From Gammaproteobacteria bacterium (GTDB lineage Bacteria; Pseudomonadota; Gammaproteobacteria; JBCCGL01): 64,000 nt of DNA. This document shows positions 51,072 to 61,062 of this stretch, one piece after another. Location of the stretch: the NCBI GenBank assembly GCA_965277715.1, contig OZ255836.1, forward strand, positions 3,904,001-3,968,000, given 5' to 3'. A model generated the notes under the pieces. The model made no database searches. It was not told the DNA's origin and worked only from the letters and a program-made list of their open reading frames with translations. How positions within the stretch are numbered: position 1 is the stretch's first letter; each line of letters starts with the position of its first letter. Made by a program: the position numbers and the translations under genes.

Positions 51072-52010
51072 TTATTTGCTTAGCAGCTCACCAATTTTAA
51101 GTGTAGTGGAACGATCTGCATTGATAATTTCCGTAGCCGCTGCCGCATCCTGCCAGTAAATTTGAGCGCCAGTCTCGGTAGCAATTTTTTGTGCCTTATC
51201 ACTCAAAACGGTTTTCTTTGCCACTGCAATAATTTTATCTTTTACCGCTTGTGGCGTGCCCTTTTTAACAAATAAACCGTTCCACAAGGCGATGTTTAGC
51301 GAGGGAACTATTTCGTGCATTGCCGGGACATTCGGTATTTTGGTGATTCGGTCGTGGGTAATGGTGGCGAGTATTTTTACTTTATCGAGGCAGGGAAGGA
51401 TCAACTGCAATGTGGTATTGATGACATCGGCATCGCCTGATGCGAGTGTATTGCAATCCAGTGCATCGAAGGCGGCTTGCGCTCCCCACTCAAAACCGAG
51501 TTTTTTTGCAGCGGTAAGTGACACTTTGGTTGGCACCAGTGGTGCACCGAAGTGACCGAGTGCGACTTTGTTACTTTTTGCATGTACTGCCAATCCTTGC
51601 ATACTGTCGTAAGGGGCGTCTTCGTTAGTGGCCAAGACAAAGGGGTAGGTAAGAAAAATACCCAGCGGTTCAAATGTGTCTTCATTCAAACCGTCGATGC
51701 CTAATCGCGGGCCGATCACCGGAACGCCGATCACAAATGAACCTATGACAGTGCCATCAGCGGGTGCATTGGCGACTTCCAGCGCACCGGGGAATGGCCC
51801 ACCACCACCACCGGGTTTATTGACGACAGCGGCGGCGACGCCGTATTCAACTTGAAAACGCTCAGCTATCAATCGGGTCAGCGTATCCTCCAGGTCACCC
51901 GGAGGAAAAGGTACGACGAAGGACACAGGTTTTTCTGGGTACACAGCCAAGGTGACTGACGAGACAGTGAATAGCGCGGTGGCAATAAGATAACACAGTG
52001 TTTTTTTCAT
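51072..52010 (-). CDS. TTT substrate-binding protein (TctC/Bug family)
   Basis: Signal peptide; YPEKPVSFVVPFPPG, NKPGGGG. Confidence 0.9.
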   Translation of the reverse strand: MKKTLCYLIATALFTVSSVTLAVYPEKPVSFVVPFPPGDLEDTLTRLIAERFQVEYGVAAAVVNKPGGGGGPFPGALEVANAPADGTVIGSFVIGVPVIGPRLGIDGLNEDTFEPLGIFLTYPFVLATNEDAPYDSMQGLAVHAKSNKVALGHFGAPLVPTKVSLTAAKKLGFEWGAQAAFDALDCNTLASGDADVINTTLQLILPCLDKVKILATITHDRITKIPNVPAMHEIVPSLNIALWNGLFVKKGTPQAVKDKIIAVAKKTVLSDKAQKIATETGAQIYWQDAAAATEIINADRSTTLKIGELLSK

Positions 52011-52024
52011 TCGTTTGTCCTCAA

Positions 52025-52244
52025 TTGCTCGGTATACATTTGCTCGGTATACATTAACGATTGTTGTATCCGAACGGATGCTTAGCTCTTATGTGTCAAA
52101 ATTTAGTCAGATTGCATGTTTCTCTGTGAATAGAATATTTTCAGTATTTAGAAAAAATCTAATACGTTGAAACATATACTGATTTATAGACTATATTTAG
52201 AAAAAAATCTAAATACGCTGAAACATATACTGATTTATAGACTA
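52025..52244. repeat. Tandem duplications in a divergent promoter region
   Basis: 2 x 15 bp TTGCTCGGTATACAT (52025-52054); 2 x about 50 bp (52145-52193 and 52194-52244). Confidence 0.85.
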
Positions 52245-52294
52245 TTATTTATTTTTAAGTGTCAATATTTTGTTAAAAAAATGATTTTCTCACT

Positions 52295-53557
52295 ATGACG
52301 ATGTGTAACCCCAATGACGATGGCTATGCTGATCTTGCCGATTACGATAATTATATCGATGGTGTGCCGCATAGAACCTTCACGCGCTTACGCGATGAAA
52401 ACCCATTGTCGTGGTCAGATTTTGTCGGGGGGAAAGGTTTTTGGAATATTGTTCGCCACGCAGATATTTTGCGTTTGAACCGCAATTTCAAATTACTCAG
52501 CTCTGCGCAGGGTATCCGTATCGATGACCAATCGCAGGAAGAGTATTTGGCAAGACGTACCTTTCAGGAGTTAGACCCGCCTGACCATACAAAAATGCGT
52601 ATTCGCGTTGCCAGTGCATTTTCAAAACCGGCGATGGCCCGTTTTGAAATGCAGGTACACGCCTTGTGTGAACGCATTCTGGACACGGCTTTTTTGCGCA
52701 CTGAATTTGATGCGGTTAATGACATTGCTAGAGCATTACCAATGTATGTGTTGGGAAAGATATTGGGTGTTCCCGAGTGTGATCTCGACTGGTTGGTCAG
52801 CAAAGGTGATGCCTTGATCGCCAATACTGACCCGGACTATACCCAGCATGTAGTGGATAAGACCGATACTGAAGCCTACCGGCTTATGCCATTTCGATCA
52901 CCAGCTGGTGCTGAGTTATATACCTACGCACGGGCGCTGATTAATAACAAAATTGATAGGGGTGAAGATACAGGGGTACTGGGTATATTGCTGGAGGCTG
53001 ATGCGGATGGAAAAGTTATTTCAGAAACTGAATTACGCAATTTTTTCTGCCTGTTGGTGGCTGCGGGTAACGATACTATCCGCTATACACTGGCTTCATC
53101 GCTGCACCTGTTGGCAAACCAACCCCACTTGCTTGATCAAATGCAAAAGGCCGATGCGACTGCTTGGAAGACAATCCCTGATGAAATGATTCGCTGGGCA
53201 TCGCCGACATTTCATTTTCGACGCACTGCCACAGCAGATTTTGAAATGCACGGTAGTCAAATAAAAAAAGGCGATAAAGTGGTGCTTTGGTTTGTGTCTG
53301 GTAATAGAGATGCAGCTGTATTTGAGAGACCATTTGAAATCGACTTGTGGCGTTTGCATAACCCACACCTTGCGTTTGGCCAGGGTGGGCCGCATGTGTG
53401 TTTGGGGATGTGGTTGGCGAGATTGCAAGTGCGCGTGTTGTTGCAGATATTTGTGCAGCGTGTTGCGAAGATTGAGCAAACGGGGAAGTCTGCTTATCTG
53501 CGTTCTAATTTTGTAGGTGGCATAAAAAAACTGCCGGTACGGATTACCTTGCGATAG
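52295..53557 (+). CDS. Cytochrome P450
   Basis: AAGNDT I-helix, EMIR, FGQGGPHVCLG. Confidence 0.95.
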   Translation: MTMCNPNDDGYADLADYDNYIDGVPHRTFTRLRDENPLSWSDFVGGKGFWNIVRHADILRLNRNFKLLSSAQGIRIDDQSQEEYLARRTFQELDPPDHTKMRIRVASAFSKPAMARFEMQVHALCERILDTAFLRTEFDAVNDIARALPMYVLGKILGVPECDLDWLVSKGDALIANTDPDYTQHVVDKTDTEAYRLMPFRSPAGAELYTYARALINNKIDRGEDTGVLGILLEADADGKVISETELRNFFCLLVAAGNDTIRYTLASSLHLLANQPHLLDQMQKADATAWKTIPDEMIRWASPTFHFRRTATADFEMHGSQIKKGDKVVLWFVSGNRDAAVFERPFEIDLWRLHNPHLAFGQGGPHVCLGMWLARLQVRVLLQIFVQRVAKIEQTGKSAYLRSNFVGGIKKLPVRITLR

Positions 53558-53579
53558 AAATTTTTGTTGGGAGAGTGGG

Positions 53580-54866
53580 ATGAATAACGAACGATTAAGG
53601 GTACTTTTTTGTGACCATTTGAGTTTGGCTCGTGGGAAATATCTCAGCGTCAACAAAATGAATGATACAACTACCCGCCTGTGCCAGGGGGTGTATGCAC
53701 TTACCTACAGTAAAAATTTAGTGCCTGCACCCGGCGGTAGTTTGTTGCAGGGGTTGCACGATATGGTTTTGAGCTATTCGGCGAGTGACATCCGTGATTG
53801 CTGGCAGGCCGATACCAAAGTAGTTATCGCCGATCAGCTGGACAGTGCGGGTATTGCCCTGCCTATGTGTGGCCGCAGCTTGCTCAAACGCACTGTGGCA
53901 CAGTGGGTTGATAAAGGGCTTATGCCCAAGGTAGGTGTTGAGTTGGAAGCATTTGCCTTTGTGCGTGATGAACAGAGTGGATTACAGCCATACCATACTC
54001 CCGGTGCCTTTGTTTATGGTACTGGCCCGATGCTTGATCCAAATGGTTTTTCTGATGCTATCTGGTCAAAAGCCAGTGAGCTGGGGTTTGCGCTGGAATC
54101 AATGAGTAGCGAATTTGACGCCCCCCAGTTTGAATTTACCCTGAAATATAACGATGCCGTCAAAGCCGTCGACGATACGTTTCTGTTTCGCCAAATGGCC
54201 CGTGAGGTCGCTTATGAGCGCGGTATTGTGCTGACTTTTATGCCAAAACCTATCGATACGTTAGGCGGCAGTGGCGTACATATTAATATCAGTTTCAACG
54301 ACGACGCTGGCGAGAATATTATTCTCGATGACAAGGGTGTTCACGGGTTAAGCGATATTGCACAGGGCAGTATTGCGGGTTTGCTCCACCACCACACTGC
54401 GCTGGCGGGGTTAATTGCACCAACGGTCAACTCTTATCAACGTTTGCGGCCAGCCAGTCTTGCTGGGTACTGGAAAAACTGGGGCATCGACCACCGTGGC
54501 GTCACGGTACGTATAGCTAATGATACGCCGCAATCGGCGCGTATTGAACACCGTATGGGAGACGCTGGTGCTAACCCCTACACACAGGTTGCTGCAATAT
54601 TGCAGGCAGCGCTGTTGGGTGTCGAGCATCACTATGTACTTCCACCGCCCGAATCGCGGGATTGCCTTGAGTCACAAGATGCTACCTGCGGTGTAGGGGA
54701 GAGCCTGTCTGGTGCATTGGATGCATTAGAAAACGACTCGGTGTTTAGCACAGCAATAGGAGAAATGCTGATTGGAAATCATATCGGTATTAAGCGCGCC
54801 GAAATAGATGAAGTCAGTAAGGGCTGTGACAGTAATGTACGTGATTATTATATTTATTATATTTAA
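53580..54866 (+). CDS. Glutamine-synthetase-like (gamma-glutamyl ligase)
   Basis: GVELE, QFE, FMPKP, GSGVH, NSYQRL, RIEHR. Confidence 0.9.
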   Translation: MNNERLRVLFCDHLSLARGKYLSVNKMNDTTTRLCQGVYALTYSKNLVPAPGGSLLQGLHDMVLSYSASDIRDCWQADTKVVIADQLDSAGIALPMCGRSLLKRTVAQWVDKGLMPKVGVELEAFAFVRDEQSGLQPYHTPGAFVYGTGPMLDPNGFSDAIWSKASELGFALESMSSEFDAPQFEFTLKYNDAVKAVDDTFLFRQMAREVAYERGIVLTFMPKPIDTLGGSGVHINISFNDDAGENIILDDKGVHGLSDIAQGSIAGLLHHHTALAGLIAPTVNSYQRLRPASLAGYWKNWGIDHRGVTVRIANDTPQSARIEHRMGDAGANPYTQVAAILQAALLGVEHHYVLPPPESRDCLESQDATCGVGESLSGALDALENDSVFSTAIGEMLIGNHIGIKRAEIDEVSKGCDSNVRDYYIYYI

Positions 54867-54894
54867 CCTAAATTAATTAAAAGGGGGTTAACCC

Positions 54895-55593
54895 ATGCAA
54901 GTGTCAATCACCACGCAGTCAATACAATTTTCCAGTGATAATAGTCATCTGTACAATGCGTATCTCGCATCACCTGTACAGCCGTCGCCTCAACAGGATA
55001 TAGGGATCATTCTGTTACACGATTGCTGGGGAATGTCACAGCATTCACATGAAATTGCCGAAAATTTTTCGCGATATGGTTGCACTGTATTACTGCCCGA
55101 TCTTTACGATCAAACCCCGCCCACTACGCAAGCCCAGGCTGATGAGATGATGTACCAACTCGATTGGCATCAGGCGGCCAAGCATGTTGTGAATGGTGCT
55201 GCCCGCTATTTGATGACGCGCTGCACACGTGTTTGTGTTGTCGGTTTATCTATGGGTAGTGGCATCGCTATAATGTCTGCGACATTAAATACTCTTATTA
55301 ATAAATATGCTTGTTTTTATGGTTTACCCGAGTTGGTGACGTTACCGGTTGAGCGAATTAGTTCGCCGGTACAGGGACATTTTGTTGAATCGGAGGAAAA
55401 TGATTTATGGTGCCCACCAGATAGAGTACAGACGTTTATCGATTCGATGGCAGAGCACAATAAACAACTCGAAATACACTGGTACAAAGATGCGATGCAT
55501 GGGTTTATGAATCACCGTAAAACAGCGATGTATTGTGCTCAAGCGTGCAAACTAGCGACTGCCCGCACCTTGAAATTTCTAAATGCAACATAA
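54895..55593 (+). CDS. Dienelactone-hydrolase-family protein
   Basis: LHDCWG, LLPDLY, GLSMG, HGFMN. Confidence 0.85.
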   Translation: MQVSITTQSIQFSSDNSHLYNAYLASPVQPSPQQDIGIILLHDCWGMSQHSHEIAENFSRYGCTVLLPDLYDQTPPTTQAQADEMMYQLDWHQAAKHVVNGAARYLMTRCTRVCVVGLSMGSGIAIMSATLNTLINKYACFYGLPELVTLPVERISSPVQGHFVESEENDLWCPPDRVQTFIDSMAEHNKQLEIHWYKDAMHGFMNHRKTAMYCAQACKLATARTLKFLNAT

Positions 55594-55595
55594 CT

Positions 55596-56261
55596 ATGGT
55601 TGATCCGAAAATAGCGGTGGGGCAACCCCGAGGCCTCTATATCGTGATGACCGATATTGACAATACACAGCGTGATGAATTTAACCGATGGTATGACAGT
55701 GAGCATCTTGCTGATGTGGCCTCAAAGCCGGGGGTATTATCAGGTATGCGTTACTTTGCCGGTGTGGCGGGAAAGGCCGATGGTCGGCAAGGTTGGCCAC
55801 AATATGTGGCAATGTATGAACTGCTTGATTGTGCTGTGGTGGAACACCCCTCGTTTGAACTGTTAGACACCCAACCGAGTGAGTGGAGTCTGCGCATGTC
55901 TCCCCGAGTCATTGGCCGTAATGTGCAACGTTATTTGGCGGAACTGCGGGTGAGCTGTAATGGTTGTGAACCGGGACAACCCTACCCACAACAGCTTGTG
56001 ATTGAGCGTGGGGATTCTGCACCTTCACCCCATGAACTGGATATATTGGTTAATAAGACCGAGAATAGTTTTTTTCGATACTATCGTGTACTTGAGGGCA
56101 ATAGTGACCACTTACTCATTTATGCGCCCAAGCAATTATCACAACATCTTTCCCCTTACTTGCGCAACCATGCTCCAGGGTCACCGTGTGTATACCATGC
56201 TGGAAAGGTATACACACGTGAAAAACGAGACCAACAAGGCGTGACAGAAAATGAACTATGA
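55596..56261 (+). CDS. EthD/DUF4286-like hypothetical protein
   Basis: EFNRWYDSEHL...PGVLSGMRY...YVAMYEL. Confidence 0.6.
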   Translation: MVDPKIAVGQPRGLYIVMTDIDNTQRDEFNRWYDSEHLADVASKPGVLSGMRYFAGVAGKADGRQGWPQYVAMYELLDCAVVEHPSFELLDTQPSEWSLRMSPRVIGRNVQRYLAELRVSCNGCEPGQPYPQQLVIERGDSAPSPHELDILVNKTENSFFRYYRVLEGNSDHLLIYAPKQLSQHLSPYLRNHAPGSPCVYHAGKVYTREKRDQQGVTENEL

Positions 56262-56772
56262 ATCCGTACTGACACCGGAAATGACATTGGGGCCATTTTT
56301 CCCTCAACAATTACTGGATAAAAAATCCAATAGCTTGCAAGGTTTTGTCGATGGGTGCCCGATGGAGAAAATTGACCTGTCTGGCTGCGTTTACGATAAA
56401 GATAAACAAGGCGTGCAGCGCTGTTTACTCGAAGTTGAAATAATAGGCGCTCTGTGCCAAAACACGCATACAGTGGCGCGCACGCTGACGAATAATGACG
56501 GTTGCTATCAGTTTTTTATACAGAAACCGGTACAGGCAGCATTGCAACTGACGATTTTCTGCTCGGGAATTAATCGCCTATTAACGGTGATTTATTTTGC
56601 TGACGCGCTACCTGACTATGGTCATTCAGACTTCTTTCATTCTGCCGGTTCTCGGCAAACGCTATTGATAGCCCAGCCAGATAACACCAAACAAGCGTCA
56701 CCAGGGTGGTGTGGCTACCGGTTTGATATACGCTTGTGCGGAGAGAATGAAACCCCGTTTTTATTGGAATAG
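56251..56772 (+). CDS. Protocatechuate 3,4-dioxygenase alpha-like, divergent
   Basis: TPEMTLGPFF, YRFDIRL, ETPF. Confidence 0.75.
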   Translation: MNYESVLTPEMTLGPFFPQQLLDKKSNSLQGFVDGCPMEKIDLSGCVYDKDKQGVQRCLLEVEIIGALCQNTHTVARTLTNNDGCYQFFIQKPVQAALQLTIFCSGINRLLTVIYFADALPDYGHSDFFHSAGSRQTLLIAQPDNTKQASPGWCGYRFDIRLCGENETPFLLE

Positions 56773-56773
56773 G

Positions 56774-57457
56774 ATGATGCAGCCTCCCCATAGCCGTATG
56801 AATATCGATGCTAACAATATTGCTCGCGTCAGCGCCGGGGATACCCACAGTATGGCGCGTACCCCTACTCAACCACTGCTAGCCGTTGGTTACGGTGATA
56901 ACCCTGCATCACGCTCTCCACTGCCTGCTATACGAGCTGACGAATATGATTTAACAGGTCTGTACGAAGAAAAAAACCGTGCCAGTGGCGATTATGTATG
57001 GGTTATAGGGCGTGTTGTTAATCAGAGAGGCGATCCACTGCCTGGACAATTGTTAGAAATGTGGGCAGCCAATTGCTATGGGCAATATGTGCATGAAATT
57101 TCGGCTGAGGAAAACCGTGATCCGTATTTTGCGGGTTGCGGTCGCACTTATACTGATGACCAGGGTTGCTATCAATTTATTACCCCGAAACCGGGTGCTT
57201 ATCTTGCCGCCCAAAAAATAAACTGGTGGCGGCCACCGCATTTGCATTTGTCATTGTTAGGTTCGGGAACACGACTAGTGACGCAAATGCTATTCCCCGG
57301 TGATCCGTTAAATGCACTCGATTTAACGTTGCAAACGATACTTGACACGGCAATGCAATCCAGGGTTATCGCCAAACTACTGGATACGCAACAACGATCT
57401 GATGGGCGAACCGTGCAGCGTTATCGATTTGATATAACCGTATGGGCCAAGCACTAA
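56774..57457 (+). CDS. Protocatechuate 3,4-dioxygenase beta-like
   Basis: Iron-ligand motifs GQYVH, PGAY, WRPPHLH; LVTQM, GDPL. Confidence 0.8.
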   Translation: MMQPPHSRMNIDANNIARVSAGDTHSMARTPTQPLLAVGYGDNPASRSPLPAIRADEYDLTGLYEEKNRASGDYVWVIGRVVNQRGDPLPGQLLEMWAANCYGQYVHEISAEENRDPYFAGCGRTYTDDQGCYQFITPKPGAYLAAQKINWWRPPHLHLSLLGSGTRLVTQMLFPGDPLNALDLTLQTILDTAMQSRVIAKLLDTQQRSDGRTVQRYRFDITVWAKH

Positions 57458-57605
57458 GGAACGTGTACGAAATAAACACTGGGGTTCGTCAATGCATCGA
57501 TTTACCTTATATCTGAATTGGCTTGAGTGTGTTATTAAAAAATGGCACATTATTGAAATAACATAATAAAAGCGGAAGTTATTTCGTGCACGTTCCTTAT
57601 CGAGG

Positions 57606-58403
57606 TTAAGTGTGTTGCCCAATAAACCTCAGCACGAGGTTATTGCAGACATCAGGCTGCTCCCAGAATACTGCATGGCCTGCCCCAGGCACGGCAGTGA
57701 ACTGACAATCTGGAATCGGTTTGGCCAATAACTGCATTAATGCGGGCGGGGAGAGCAGATCGGCTTCTCCGGCAATCATAAGTACAGGCATACGCAGGGT
57801 TGCCAGCCGTGCATAATCCATTGCTTGGCGTAGCGGTTGGTGTAGGTCGATGGCTTCTGGTCTACGACTATTGTGCTCAATTTCCAGCCAGCGGCGCACA
57901 CCTTCAGGGTTAAACCCACGGTATGTCGGGCCAATTTCACGCAACTCGGCGGGTAGTGCCTGCATGGCAGCAGGCCATATTCGTTGTTGTATATTTACAT
58001 AAGCCTTATCTTTAACGCCACCCAGTGTACAGGCAGCTACCAGGCTAATTACCTGAGCAGGGTAGGTTGATGCATAGTCCAGCGCAACGATAGCGCCTGC
58101 CGCTATTGATACCAAATGAAAATGCTCAACCCCCAAATGCGTTACCAACGCATGTAAGTCATCACAAACATCGACAGTAAGTACTTTGGATGCGTCAGAT
58201 TGTGATCGACCCCAGCCCCTTCGGTCATAAACAATGCAACGATACCCCGCCGCAGTGAAGGCAGGTAATTGATTGTACCAACTGTCACAATTGCCAGATG
58301 CTGCGTGTAATAAAACGATGGCTGGTGTGTCGGCCGCTCCCCCGCTGTCCTGATACCAGAGGCGGGCGCCGGAAAAATTAAAATAGGGCATCAAAAGTTC
58401 CAT
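57606..58403 (-). CDS. Alpha/beta hydrolase
   Basis: YDRRGWGRS, AGH; nucleophile elbow degenerate (SIAAG). Confidence 0.8.
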   Translation of the reverse strand: MELLMPYFNFSGARLWYQDSGGAADTPAIVLLHAASGNCDSWYNQLPAFTAAGYRCIVYDRRGWGRSQSDASKVLTVDVCDDLHALVTHLGVEHFHLVSIAAGAIVALDYASTYPAQVISLVAACTLGGVKDKAYVNIQQRIWPAAMQALPAELREIGPTYRGFNPEGVRRWLEIEHNSRRPEAIDLHQPLRQAMDYARLATLRMPVLMIAGEADLLSPPALMQLLAKPIPDCQFTAVPGAGHAVFWEQPDVCNNLVLRFIGQHT

Positions 58404-58428
58404 AAAGTGCTGAGGTTATTAGCGCCTG

Positions 58429-58464
58429 TTTAACCTAAATTCAACTGAGGAATTTAGGTTTAAA
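58429..58464. repeat. Short palindromic member of the AACCTAAATT family
   Basis: AACCTAAATTC-AACTGAG-GAATTTAGGTT. Confidence 0.75.
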
Positions 58465-58707
58465 GACAGAATTCAGGTATAACGGCATAAGTAGTCTATT
58501 TATTGGCCGCTGGCATCATTATTGTGTTGGTGAGGTAAACACAGGCTCGATATCAAAGTATTTGAGAATGGGCACAATGGGGCTAAATATACTCGTTGTA
58601 TCAGACCTTTTCATATGTCGGCCCACTGCTTTGTTATATTTTGTGAAAAAATCACATTTATGCAGGTTTTTTCTCAAGAGTTAACCTCGGTGGGTTATTT
58701 TTGTAGG

Positions 58708-58980
58708 TTACCTATATTCCGATTTTATCGCCTCAGTGTGCTCGCCCAAAGCGGGTGTTTCACGGGCGATAAAATCGCGCCCAGCACGTTGTGCCGCCGG
58801 GCTGACAACATGCTTTGCACCCGAGGGGGTAGGCGTTTCACAGCGCCGTAACTGGGAGTGCGTGGCCAGGCCGCTGACATCGTTCAGGTTGCCGTAGGCG
58901 ATATCAGCCGCGTTGAGTTTTTCTACTACCTTCGTGTGCGCATAGGCGGCAAATACCGGGCGGATAACCGCGTCCATCAT
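58708..58980 (-). pseudogene. C-terminal fragment of a CaiB/BaiF CoA transferase
   Basis: LNAADIAYGNLN...PALGEHT; N-terminal majority absent. Confidence 0.75.
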
Positions 58981-59005
58981 TGCTACGGTGGATCACATCA
59001 AACAA

Positions 59006-60160
59006 TTAAAACGACTTGGGTAACCCCAGTACATGCGTGGCGACATTAGACAATATTAAATTTGTCGAGATGGGGGCCACTTGGTAAAGGCGGGTTTCCC
59101 GGAATTTTCGCTCGACATCGTATTCGGTGGCAAAACCATAACCACCGTGGGTTTGCAGGCAGGTGTCAGCCGCTGCCCACGAGGCCTCTGAGGCCAATAG
59201 TTTTGCCATATTTGCCTCTGATCCACACTTCTCACCGGCATCAAATAGCGCGCAAGCATGTTCGACCATCTGCGCGGCGGCCTGGGTTTGCACATAGGCG
59301 CGGGCGATGGGAAATTGCACGCCCTGGTTTTTACCAATGGGCGCACCAAACACCTCGCGGTTGTTGGCGTAGTCGGTGGCTTTTTCGATAAACCAGCGCG
59401 CATCGCCGATACACTCTGCGGCGATCAAAATGCGCTCGGCATTCATGCCGTCGAGAATATAGCGAAAACCTTTGCCTTCCTCGCCCAACAGGCTCCCGGT
59501 GGGCACCCGTAAGTTATCGAAGAACAGCTCGGTGGTGGCGTGGTTGAGCATGGTGTCCAGCGTCTGAATCGTCAGCCCATTGCCGCGTGCTGTGCGTATA
59601 TCCACTAAAAAAACCGACATGCCATCGGTGGTTTTGGCGCATTGCTCGCGTGGGGTTGTACGTGCAAGTAACAACATTAGATCGGAGTGTTCGGTGCGTG
59701 AGATAAACACCTTTTGGCCATTGATCAGGTAACTGTCGCCATCGCGCACCGCGTGGGTGCGAATGCGCGTGGTATCCGTACCACTGCCTGGCTCGGTAAC
59801 GCCAAATGCCTGCAAACGCAATTCGCCCGAGGCGATAGCGGGCAGGTAGTGGCTTTTTTGTGCATCACTACCGTGCCGCAGTAGGGTGCCCATAGTGTAC
59901 ATCTGGGCATGGCAGGCGCCGCCGTTAGCACCACTGCGCTGAATTTCCTCCAGCACAGCACAGCCTGCAGCCAGATCGAGCCCGGATCCACCGTAGGCCT
60001 CGGGAATCAAAGTGGCGAGATACCCGGCGTCGGTGAGTGCGTTGATAAATGCAGTGGGGTACTGTTTTTTGGCATCCAGCTCACGCCAATAAGTGCCAGT
60101 GAAATCCGCGCACAACTTACTGACGGCTTCGCGTATTTCCGGGTAGGTTTGTTGCTTCAT
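59006..60160 (-). CDS. Acyl-CoA dehydrogenase
   Basis: VTEPGSGTD, NGQKVFIS, QTHGGYG. Confidence 0.95.
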   Translation of the reverse strand: MKQQTYPEIREAVSKLCADFTGTYWRELDAKKQYPTAFINALTDAGYLATLIPEAYGGSGLDLAAGCAVLEEIQRSGANGGACHAQMYTMGTLLRHGSDAQKSHYLPAIASGELRLQAFGVTEPGSGTDTTRIRTHAVRDGDSYLINGQKVFISRTEHSDLMLLLARTTPREQCAKTTDGMSVFLVDIRTARGNGLTIQTLDTMLNHATTELFFDNLRVPTGSLLGEEGKGFRYILDGMNAERILIAAECIGDARWFIEKATDYANNREVFGAPIGKNQGVQFPIARAYVQTQAAAQMVEHACALFDAGEKCGSEANMAKLLASEASWAAADTCLQTHGGYGFATEYDVERKFRETRLYQVAPISTNLILSNVATHVLGLPKSF

Positions 60161-60175
60161 AATCGGTTTAATGAC

Positions 60176-61024
60176 TTATTCAGAGTTTGGATCAATACCC
60201 GCCTTTTTCAACAAAGCGTATAGCCGCTCTTTTTCTTGAAGTGCGGCTTCTTTTTGCCTGTGCGCCTCCTGTTCGTTTTTTAGCGCGGCTTCTTTCTGCC
60301 TGCGTTCGTCGTTCATCGCCTTAACCGCCTCGCTTAGTGAACGCTGCCGGGACTTTTCCTCCCGGAGAATATTCTGTCGGGCCTGGTAAAGGTGGTAATC
60401 CTGCTCTTTCTCTGAAAATCGTTTCAATATGGCCATCGCCTGCCTCATTTCTTCGGTATCAAGTTCTGTGGGAAGTACTTCCCACTTGTCTGCATCCTTA
60501 AAAAAATACATCCATTGGTCTTTCGCTTCAAGGTTGTGGTGCCGTCGCCACTTTTCCAGTTCCAGTACATGGATAGCGCAGTGAGGCGAAAGCACACGCT
60601 GCTGTTCAAGATCCGCCATTTGAAAGCGGTGGTGATAACAGTCACTGTCCTTGAATAGGTTTTCACCCAATAGCCAGATGGATATCGAGGGTTGCAGCTT
60701 GTGATAGTCCTGCCCACTCTGGATCTGCGCACCGTAAATATCACTCCAACAATACAGCATTCGCTCCGGTAGATAGGGGAATACATTTAATTGTAGCTCC
60801 ACCTGATAGGTGTTATTGGCCGCATCACGGGCTTTTATATCGACTATGGTGAGTTTGTCTGACAGGTATTCTTTTTCATTGTAAGGGTTGAGGATTTCAA
60901 CGTCTGTGATGGGACTCTCAGGGGTGAGTACGCCATTGAGAAAGTGAATCAGCAGTGGGGTATTTTCCGGTGCGCCCAGGATGGCTTTAAAGACACAATC
61001 AATTTTTGGATCAATGAGGGGCAT
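60176..61024 (-). CDS. Rpn-family PD-(D/E)XK nuclease, copy A (282 aa)
   Basis: DCVFK, IVDIKARD...QVELQ, RMLYCW. Confidence 0.9.
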   Translation of the reverse strand: MPLIDPKIDCVFKAILGAPENTPLLIHFLNGVLTPESPITDVEILNPYNEKEYLSDKLTIVDIKARDAANNTYQVELQLNVFPYLPERMLYCWSDIYGAQIQSGQDYHKLQPSISIWLLGENLFKDSDCYHHRFQMADLEQQRVLSPHCAIHVLELEKWRRHHNLEAKDQWMYFFKDADKWEVLPTELDTEEMRQAMAILKRFSEKEQDYHLYQARQNILREEKSRQRSLSEAVKAMNDERRQKEAALKNEQEAHRQKEAALQEKERLYALLKKAGIDPNSE

Positions 61025-61062
61025 GGTGTGTTTGTTGGCGGCGCTATAGTCGGTTTAATGAC

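Noticed and set aside
54862-54874. Fourth AACCTAAATT family copy
   Set aside because: Only about 13 bp match in AT-rich sequence, no second arm
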